A program made the translations under genes and the position numbers. A stretch of 25,717 nucleotides of DNA from a virus (lineage: Duplodnaviria; Caudoviricetes), in IMG/VR virus record IMGVR_UViG_3300025128_000293, positions 1 through 25,717 of that record. One strand, given 5' to 3'. The notes below the pieces were generated by a model. That model ran no database searches. It was not told where the DNA came from and saw only the letters and a list, made by a program, of their open reading frames with translations. Shown piece after piece: positions 7,999 through 14,969 of this stretch (position 1 is its first letter; each line of letters begins with the position of its first letter).

Positions 7999-9879
7999 AT
8001 GGCAAATTATTCGAATATAAAAGGATTTACAGTTCAAACACTGTCGACGGACACTATTGCGTCTCAGATAGCGGGTGGCTCGTGGTCATCTGGTGCAAAT
8101 TTACCTGGCGCAAGAGATGAATGCGCTGGCGGTGGAACATTAACAGCTGGCATACAATTTGGTGGATACTCTCCTCCTGAATCAGCTTATAAAACTGAAA
8201 CATTTGAGTACGATGGAACTGCTTGGACCGAAGGCGGTGACATGAGTTCTGGAAGAAGTAATTTTGGGGGTGCTGGAACTCAAACAGCTGCTTTAGCAAT
8301 TGGAGGTCAATCTCCAGGAGTCCCTGCTGGATTAACTGCAACAGAAGAATACAATGGTTCTTCTTGGACTGCTGGTGGAGCTTTGCCTACTGGTACAAAT
8401 AGTAATTATGGTTGCACAGGAACTCAAACTGCAGCATTACAGATTGGTGGTTCTTCTCCCTCAAGAGTTGCGACTACATTAAGTTATAATGGTAGTTCTT
8501 GGTCAGATACAAGCAATGATCTTCCTGTTACTATAGACAGAAACGGAGCTTCAGGAATTACAACAGCAGCTATTACAGGCGGTGGACGAGAAGGTTCTCC
8601 TGGAGGTTATACCAACAAATTTTTTACTTACAATGGAAGTTCTTGGACAGCCATTACAACTTATCCTATTTCAGCATCAATGATTAGTGTGCAAGGTCCT
8701 TATACAGACGTTATAGCTGCAAATGGTTTAGTGCCTCCAGGAAGTACAAATTCAAATTGGTGGGATGGAACATCATGGACTGCTGCTCCTTCTACCAGCA
8801 ATTATCATGGTCAATGTGCACACGCTAATTCAACTGCTGGTGCAACGAGTGGTGATGGTTTTATAGCAGGAGCTGATCCATCAAGTTATAATGGCACAGA
8901 GCATTGGAACTCTGCACCATCAACATTTGATCAGATACAAGAAGGACAATTATTTTTTAATTCAACAACAAACACTTTTAAAGAAACTGTTTTAGATGCA
9001 GCTACGGGAACATGGGCAACAGGAGGATCTTTACCTGTGGCTCAATCTTATGGTGGTCAAACAGGAACACAAACAGCTGGTTTTATTTTTGGAGGATCTC
9101 ACACCACACCACCATCACCTCAATTTCAAACAGAATCTTATGATTATAATGGCACTGCTTGGACAGATGCATCTGCAGATATTAATACTGGAAGAGAAAG
9201 TGCAGCCGCTTCAGGTACCTCTACATCTGCTCTTTTCTTTTCAGGAACTTCAAAAGTTGATTTAACAGAATCTTATAACGGTTCATCATGGAGTGAAACA
9301 ACAGAATTAAACACAGGTAGAGACAATGCTTTTGGTTTTGGTCAAAGTAACACTGCTGCGGTATGTGCTGGAGGTAGAGCTTCTCCATCACCTGATGCAG
9401 TTGATTTAACAGAAGTTTGGAATGGTTCTGCGTGGACTGAAGTAAATGAAATGAATGCAACTAAGAAATATGGTGGTGCAACTGGAACAACTACTGCTGG
9501 TGCAATAGCTGGAGGAGGAGATTCTGGAGAGGGAGTACCAGTAACTGATCAAACTGAATTATGGAACGGTACATCTTGGAGTGAAGTAGCGGAGCTTAAT
9601 GTAGGTAGAGATTATGCTGGAGGAACTGGAGCATCAACTCAATTTTTATTTTATGGAGGAATTAATCCACCTGGTGGTGCTGCAGTAGCAAACACAGAAT
9701 TTTATAACGGAACATCTTGGACAGAAATAGCTGAGATGGGAACAGCTAAAATGTATATGTACTCAGGTTCAGCAACTGGATCAGCTACTGGTGGTTTAGC
9801 AACTGGAGCAAGTCCCCCTTCAACACTTACACAAGAATTTACAGGAGCTTTATCTAACAAAACAATAACATCAAGTTAA
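7999..9879 (+). CDS. Kelch-like beta-propeller virion protein, two propellers (626 aa)
   Basis: Ten (Y/W)(N/D)G(S/T)xW(T/S) motifs in two blocks separated by linker 'EGQLFFNSTTNTFK'; N-terminus paralogous to ORFs 6648 and 9882. Confidence 0.7.
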   Translation: MANYSNIKGFTVQTLSTDTIASQIAGGSWSSGANLPGARDECAGGGTLTAGIQFGGYSPPESAYKTETFEYDGTAWTEGGDMSSGRSNFGGAGTQTAALAIGGQSPGVPAGLTATEEYNGSSWTAGGALPTGTNSNYGCTGTQTAALQIGGSSPSRVATTLSYNGSSWSDTSNDLPVTIDRNGASGITTAAITGGGREGSPGGYTNKFFTYNGSSWTAITTYPISASMISVQGPYTDVIAANGLVPPGSTNSNWWDGTSWTAAPSTSNYHGQCAHANSTAGATSGDGFIAGADPSSYNGTEHWNSAPSTFDQIQEGQLFFNSTTNTFKETVLDAATGTWATGGSLPVAQSYGGQTGTQTAGFIFGGSHTTPPSPQFQTESYDYNGTAWTDASADINTGRESAAASGTSTSALFFSGTSKVDLTESYNGSSWSETTELNTGRDNAFGFGQSNTAAVCAGGRASPSPDAVDLTEVWNGSAWTEVNEMNATKKYGGATGTTTAGAIAGGGDSGEGVPVTDQTELWNGTSWSEVAELNVGRDYAGGTGASTQFLFYGGINPPGGAAVANTEFYNGTSWTEIAEMGTAKMYMYSGSATGSATGGLATGASPPSTLTQEFTGALSNKTITSS

Positions 9880-9881
9880 TT

Positions 9882-11711
9882 ATGGCAAAATATAGAGAAA
9901 TAAAAGGCGTAACAGTACAAACAAGAGACACAGATCCAGTATTAAATGTTAATTCTTGGTCATCTGGTGGATCTATGGTCACCGATAGAGCGAGAATGGC
10001 AGGTGATGGACCTCAGACTGCTTTTATAACTTTTGGAGGAACTACACCCTCTCCAGGAACTCAATTAGCAAACACTGAAACATATGATGGAAGCTCGTTT
10101 TCAGAAACAGGAGACTTATCTCTTGGCAGAACTGATTTAGCGGGAGCAGGAACAACAACTGCAGCTCTTGCAGTAGCAGGTTCAGCAGGCACAGGATTAA
10201 CAAATACTGCTGAAGCTTTCGGTGGTTCTTCTTGGACAAGCTCTCCATCTTGTAACACAGCCAGATATCAGTTAGCTGGATTTGGAACTCAAACAAATAT
10301 GGTGATAGCTGGAGGTTCAGAACCAAGTTTTTCAAATAAAACAGAAGAATGGAACGGATCTTCTTGGGCAGAAAAAAATGAACTTAATACAGCCAGACAA
10401 GGATTAAATAGCAGTGGTGCTGGAGTTTATACTGCTGGAATAATAGCTGGTGGTAGAAAAGCACACCCAAGTAATCCAGGTCAAGAATCAAACGATACAG
10501 AAACATGGAATGGAACTAGTTGGACGGAAGTAAACGAATTAAATGAAGCAAAACAATTAGGTGGGGTTTTTGGAACATCTACATCAGCAATATACGCAGG
10601 TGGCGCAGATACTGCAACTCTTGCTGCAGTAGAATCTTGGGACGGAACAAGTTGGTCTGAAACTTCAGATTTAGCTACTGCACGATATTATGTTTCTTCT
10701 GGAGGAGCAAGTGGTACATCAGGAATTATAGCTGGTGGTACTCCTGGAGCTGCAACAGAGGAATGGTCTTTACCACCTCCAACAGCAGCTATCTTAAACG
10801 AAGGTGATATATTTTTATCTGCAGGCGCAACATTAAAAGGTTTTTCAAAAGATGTTTCGTCAGGAACATTTGCATCAGGCGGTAATCTTAATTCAGAACA
10901 TTTAGATGCATCAGCAGGTGGAGCTACACAATCAAGTTTTATGATAATAGCAGGTTATCCAAATTTAACTATTGTAGAACAATATGATGGTTCATCATGG
11001 AGTGAAGTAGGTGACGTGAATGTAACAAGACAATTAAGTGGTGCATCAGCACAAGCTCCAGCACCTACAATGCTTTTCTTTGGTGGTAACCCATCACCAG
11101 GCTTCAAATTAACTGAATTATATGATGGAACCTCTTGGACTGAAAAAAGTGATTTAAATACAAATAGAGAGTATTCAGGTGGAGGAGCAGGAACATCAAC
11201 TTCAGCATTATGTGTAGGTGGATATGGTTCACCTGCAGCATATCTCGCTAACAATGAATCTTGGGATGGAACGTCTTGGACTGAAGTAGGTGATTTAAAT
11301 GTTGCAAGATATGGTGGTGCTACAGGTGGAACACAAAACTCAGCAAGATGTGTTGCAGGTGCGCCTCCAACTAATCCTCCGGCAGCAGGAGATAAAAATG
11401 AAGGTTGGGATGGCACAACTTGGACAGAAGCAACAGAAAACTCTGATAACTCAGCAGGAAGAGCTGGTTTTGGTGCTAACAAAGATTTCTTTATGGTTGC
11501 TAGTGGTAATGCTACTGCTAGTTCAGAATTTTGGAATGGAACTTCATGGACTGAAACAGCTGATACAGCAGGCTCAGGACAAAGATTTAATATGGGTGGA
11601 GGAACAACTGTAGCTGGTATAATAGGTAAATGTAGTGGGCCAACTCCACAAGCAAAAAGCACAGAAGAGTTTAATTGTGATAATGGATTACTCACAATAA
11701 ACGTTTCGTAG
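9882..11711 (+). CDS. Kelch-like beta-propeller virion protein, two propellers (609 aa)
   Basis: Ten repeat motifs in two blocks separated by 'EGDIFLSAGATLKG'; N-terminus 'MAKYREIKGVTVQTRDTDP'. Confidence 0.7.
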   Translation: MAKYREIKGVTVQTRDTDPVLNVNSWSSGGSMVTDRARMAGDGPQTAFITFGGTTPSPGTQLANTETYDGSSFSETGDLSLGRTDLAGAGTTTAALAVAGSAGTGLTNTAEAFGGSSWTSSPSCNTARYQLAGFGTQTNMVIAGGSEPSFSNKTEEWNGSSWAEKNELNTARQGLNSSGAGVYTAGIIAGGRKAHPSNPGQESNDTETWNGTSWTEVNELNEAKQLGGVFGTSTSAIYAGGADTATLAAVESWDGTSWSETSDLATARYYVSSGGASGTSGIIAGGTPGAATEEWSLPPPTAAILNEGDIFLSAGATLKGFSKDVSSGTFASGGNLNSEHLDASAGGATQSSFMIIAGYPNLTIVEQYDGSSWSEVGDVNVTRQLSGASAQAPAPTMLFFGGNPSPGFKLTELYDGTSWTEKSDLNTNREYSGGGAGTSTSALCVGGYGSPAAYLANNESWDGTSWTEVGDLNVARYGGATGGTQNSARCVAGAPPTNPPAAGDKNEGWDGTTWTEATENSDNSAGRAGFGANKDFFMVASGNATASSEFWNGTSWTETADTAGSGQRFNMGGGTTVAGIIGKCSGPTPQAKSTEEFNCDNGLLTINVS

Positions 11712-11713
11712 AC

Positions 11714-11741
11714 TTGACCTTTATATAGAAAGATATATAAA
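11714..11741 (+). promoter_or_regulatory. Putative sigma70-type promoter for the dioxygenase cassette
   Basis: TTGACC (11714-11719) - 16 nt - TATAAA (11736-11741), immediately after the stop of ORF 9882. Confidence 0.5.
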
Positions 11742-11769
11742 GAGATTAGAAATGAATAAAGGAGATAGC

Positions 11770-12435
11770 ATGTCAAAAGAAAAACGTAATATAGCTACTA
11801 AGCTAAAAACAGAGTCAAAGTATTTAACTAATATATTAGATAAAGACGACGTCAAACATTTTAAGAAATTAATACCAGAACTCCAAGATACTTGGATGAA
11901 GAAACAAATGTTTCGTACAGAAACAGAAATGAGGTTTTCTGTATTGTCTGATAATAAATATCCAACTAAAGCTGCTAAGTATTGGCAATCGGTAAGAGAA
12001 CAAAACACTCACTTTGAGAACTTAGTTCACTTATCATTTGATGCTAGGAAGAATGAAGTTGAGATAAAGAAACTACAAAGAGATATTAAAAAAGAAAAAG
12101 ACCCATTAGAAAAAGATCTTAAGCAGATAGACTTAGAACAGAAGTTATATTCTAAAGCAAGTATGGAACTAGTGGCTAAGCACAGAATGAGAGAAGTGGC
12201 AACTTGGTCTAAACTTAAAAAAGAGTTTGATGATGGTAACTTTGATAAAAGAGATGTAAACACGCATCAAGCCAAATCATATCTATTAAGATTACAAAGA
12301 CAGAAAGAAACTATAACTCCTGGTACATCACAACCTGAAGTGTTTAATGTATTAGGACAACTAGAGGCTTTAGAAAAAGGTTTGAGAGAAAACACTTTAT
12401 CTTTAGACGCTAAGAAAACTAAAAAATTAAAATGA
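11770..12435 (+). CDS. Hypothetical Lys-rich coiled-coil protein (221 aa)
   Basis: Track ORF 11752..12435; SD AAGGAG (11759-11764) favours ATG 11770 (MSKEKR). 'FRTETEMRFSVLSD.KYPT.AAKYWQ.VREQ' block then a long charged helix. Confidence 0.75.
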   Translation: MSKEKRNIATKLKTESKYLTNILDKDDVKHFKKLIPELQDTWMKKQMFRTETEMRFSVLSDNKYPTKAAKYWQSVREQNTHFENLVHLSFDARKNEVEIKKLQRDIKKEKDPLEKDLKQIDLEQKLYSKASMELVAKHRMREVATWSKLKKEFDDGNFDKRDVNTHQAKSYLLRLQRQKETITPGTSQPEVFNVLGQLEALEKGLRENTLSLDAKKTKKLK

Positions 12436-13094
12436 AATTTGATTTCGTTTATTTAGGTCAGACGGTCTTAAAATACCAGGTCCCCCTGGAAATATTCGTA
12501 GGTCTTAATGAAATCTACGAAAAGCAAAAAAAACAATTACCTTCAGCTAATAAACAGTTAGTTGGTAAAATAGAAGACGAAGTCTCTCTGTATTACTCAG
12601 GTCCTAACAACGATAAGATGCACCAGCATTCTTTTCTACCAAATGACATACTTAAATGGTTCCATAGCATCTTTGATCACTACACAGATTGGAACAAGAT
12701 AGGTCAAACACAAAAATCTATTAATTCTATTTGGGTTAATGAAATGAAAGCACATGAATATAATCCTGTGCATATTCATCAAGGTAAGCTCTATACAGGT
12801 TTATCTTCTGTAATGGTTTTAAAATTACCAAAAGAAACAGGTGTTGAGTATTCTGCTAAAGAAAAACCTATGAATGGTAAACTCCAAATTATTGGAGCAG
12901 CTAACGGACAATTTTCTAAAACAGATTATTCACCTCAAATGAAGATAGGAGATTTTTATGTGTTTCCTTATGACATGAGACATTGTGTTTATCCATTTAA
13001 TGGAACTAAAGAAAAAAGAAGAACTTTAGTTTGTAATGTCGATGTTGATTATAATCCTGTGTCTTCAAGAACTGGATCGGGACAAAACGAATGA
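12432..13094 (+). CDS. Putative 2OG-Fe(II) dioxygenase (HxH type, 2OG-FeII_Oxy_5/TIGR02466-like)
   Basis: 'WVNEMKAHEYNPVHIH...LSSV..LKLP...FP..MRHCVYPF....RRTLVCN': HxH...H metal ligands and distal Arg of the DSBH fold. Confidence 0.75.
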   Translation: MKFDFVYLGQTVLKYQVPLEIFVGLNEIYEKQKKQLPSANKQLVGKIEDEVSLYYSGPNNDKMHQHSFLPNDILKWFHSIFDHYTDWNKIGQTQKSINSIWVNEMKAHEYNPVHIHQGKLYTGLSSVMVLKLPKETGVEYSAKEKPMNGKLQIIGAANGQFSKTDYSPQMKIGDFYVFPYDMRHCVYPFNGTKEKRRTLVCNVDVDYNPVSSRTGSGQNE

Positions 13095-13684
13095 CACAAA
13101 TACCACTAATGCCTAGATGGCAATCTTATGTTGCTCACACTACAGAACCTATTTTTACACCCGAGCAATGTAAAATGATTATTGATACTGGTCATCAATG
13201 TGCACCAGAACAAGCCAAAGTTGGTGGTGGAAAAAAAGGTCAATACGATACAAAGAAACGAGTAACAACTATTTCTTGGATACCTTTTGATAAATTACCA
13301 CAGATGTACAGAAAAATTGAAAATCAATTATCTATTGTAAACTTAAACCATTTTGGTTTTGATGGCATGAGATTAACAGAGCCTGCACAGTTTACGGTGT
13401 ATCCTAAAAAAGGTTTTTATGATTGGCACATGGATCTCAATGCGTTTGGTCAAGAAGGTCAAAACCCAATTAGAAAAATATCCATGACTTGCTTACTATC
13501 AGATCCATCAGAGTTTACAGGTGGGGATCTTTTGTTTTCAGATACAGGTGCCGACAAACCTTTAGCCTTGAAACAAGGACAAGCTATATTTTTTGCATCA
13601 TTTCTAAAACACAAAGTAGCTCCAGTTAAAAAAGGAATTAGAAAATCATTAGTAATGTGGTTTGGAGGACCACCATTTAAATGA
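13091..13684 (+). CDS. 2OG-Fe(II) dioxygenase, prolyl-4-hydroxylase-like
   Basis: 'QFTVY...FYDWHMD...RKISMTCLL..EFTGGDL...FFASFLKHKVAPVKKGIRKSLVMW': HxD...H triad and RxS 2OG-binding motif. Confidence 0.88.
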   Translation: MTQIPLMPRWQSYVAHTTEPIFTPEQCKMIIDTGHQCAPEQAKVGGGKKGQYDTKKRVTTISWIPFDKLPQMYRKIENQLSIVNLNHFGFDGMRLTEPAQFTVYPKKGFYDWHMDLNAFGQEGQNPIRKISMTCLLSDPSEFTGGDLLFSDTGADKPLALKQGQAIFFASFLKHKVAPVKKGIRKSLVMWFGGPPFK

Positions 13685-14289
13685 GTCAATTACAAAGAAA
13701 GATATTATTTCCAACCGCTGTTTATTTTAAAGACATACCTAACGCGAAAGAACTTAATAAATATTTATTTAAAGAAATAAAAAAGTGGCGTAAGGCAGAT
13801 CCTGAAGGAGAAAAGAAAACTAATTCTGGTTTTGGTTGGCACAGCAAAACAGATATGGATAAGAAAAAAGAATACAAACCTTTAATAGATGAATTATTTA
13901 AAATGGCTGAAGAGTGTAATCAAGACTATGGTATATTAGGTAAGCTAGGACTCGGTAACATGTGGGCTAATATAAATCCTGCATACAGTTATAATAAAAC
14001 ACATACCCATCCTAACTCAATGTGGTCGGGCGTGTATTACATTAAAGTACCAAAGAACTCTGGTAAACTATTTTTAGAAGATCCTAGACCAGGACCAAAT
14101 ACACATATGCCTAAAAGAGTAAATAATCTACCAGAGCAATTATGGAGAGTATGTGCTTATGAACCTGTAGAAGGACGTATGATTTTTTTTCCATCTTGGC
14201 TTCCACACGGTGTTGACATAAATATGAATACAGACAAAGGTGAAAAGAACTGGAGAATATCTGTATCATTTAATTTTATACAAGTATGA
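13681..14289 (+). CDS. Putative 2OG-Fe(II) dioxygenase (2OG-FeII_Oxy_5/TIGR02466-like)
   Basis: 'LFPT...WANIN....YNKTHTHPNS.WSGVYY.KVP..SG.L...DPR...EG.M.FFPSWLPHGV..N......RISVSFN'. Confidence 0.85.
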   Translation: MSQLQRKILFPTAVYFKDIPNAKELNKYLFKEIKKWRKADPEGEKKTNSGFGWHSKTDMDKKKEYKPLIDELFKMAEECNQDYGILGKLGLGNMWANINPAYSYNKTHTHPNSMWSGVYYIKVPKNSGKLFLEDPRPGPNTHMPKRVNNLPEQLWRVCAYEPVEGRMIFFPSWLPHGVDINMNTDKGEKNWRISVSFNFIQV

Positions 14290-14930
14290 GTTTTAAAAAA
14301 AATAAATATCAAGTTATTAAAAACGCTATATCAAAAGAGATAGCAGACATAGCTTATAGATATTTACAGATATCAGCAGAGGCAGATTACTGGATGTTAA
14401 ACAATGGTGTAACTCATGCAGGCAATAAACTTATTGGTAATTTTAAGGACAGTCAGGTGCCAGGTTCTTATGCTAAATATGGTGATAGATTAATGGAAAC
14501 ATTGTTAATTAAAACTATAGCTGTCATGCAGAAGAAGACAGGACTTAAATTAGTTCCGACGTATTCATACACAAGACTTTATAGAAATGGTAATATACTA
14601 CGAAGACACAAAGATAGACCAAGCTGTGAGATATCAACTACACTAAACTTAGGTGGAGATCCATGGCCTATATTTATCGATCCTACGGGGTCTGACAACG
14701 TCATAGACGAGTATAAAAGCATACATAAGCCTGGTGCACCCAAAGGTGTAAAAGTAGACCTAAAACCAGGAGATATGCTTATTTATTCTGGATGTGAGTT
14801 AGAGCATTGGAGAGAGCCTTTTACAGGCAAGTTGTGTGGTCAAGTGTTTTTGCACTATAATCATGCAGATGGAAGGTTTGCAAAGAGCAATTTGTATGAT
14901 AAAAGACCTATGCTAGGAATAGTCAAATAA
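14286..14930 (+). CDS. Putative 2OG-Fe(II) dioxygenase (phage type)
   Basis: 'PTYSYTRLY..G..LRRHKDRPSCEISTTLNLGG..WPI...LKPGD.LIYSGCELEHWRE...QVFLHY': HxD...H triad. Confidence 0.8.
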   Translation: MSFKKNKYQVIKNAISKEIADIAYRYLQISAEADYWMLNNGVTHAGNKLIGNFKDSQVPGSYAKYGDRLMETLLIKTIAVMQKKTGLKLVPTYSYTRLYRNGNILRRHKDRPSCEISTTLNLGGDPWPIFIDPTGSDNVIDEYKSIHKPGAPKGVKVDLKPGDMLIYSGCELEHWREPFTGKLCGQVFLHYNHADGRFAKSNLYDKRPMLGIVK

Positions 14931-14962
14931 CGTTGAACATCAACGCAATCTATTATAATCTG
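14931..14962 (+). promoter_or_regulatory. Intergenic regulatory element (inverted repeat plus TATAAT box), shares motifs with 661-711
   Basis: CGTTGA-ACA-TCAACG inverted repeat (14931-14945), then ACGCAATCT-ATTATAATCTG; TTGAAC to TATAAT spacing is only 15 nt. Confidence 0.4.
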
Positions 14963-14969
14963 GAGATCT

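Noticed and set aside
6648-11711. Diversity-generating retroelement or invertible tail-fibre cassette explaining the paralog array
   Set aside because: No reverse transcriptase or recombinase in the window, no template/variable repeat pair with adenine-specific differences noticed, and all genes are on the same strand.
11752-11769. Track start at ATG 11752
   Set aside because: The SD AAGGAG lies downstream of it and fits ATG 11770.
10955-11776. 273-aa minus-strand ORF
   Set aside because: Antisense shadow of the Gly/Ser/Thr-rich propeller gene; its repeats (VQxVPSQ) are the reverse-complement of WDGTSWT codons, and it has no independent motif.
12432-14930. Calling the dioxygenases AlkB/TET-JBP DNA-modifying or repair enzymes
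   Set aside because: No family-specific motifs recognised and the context is structural rather than replication genes; not excluded without HMM searches.
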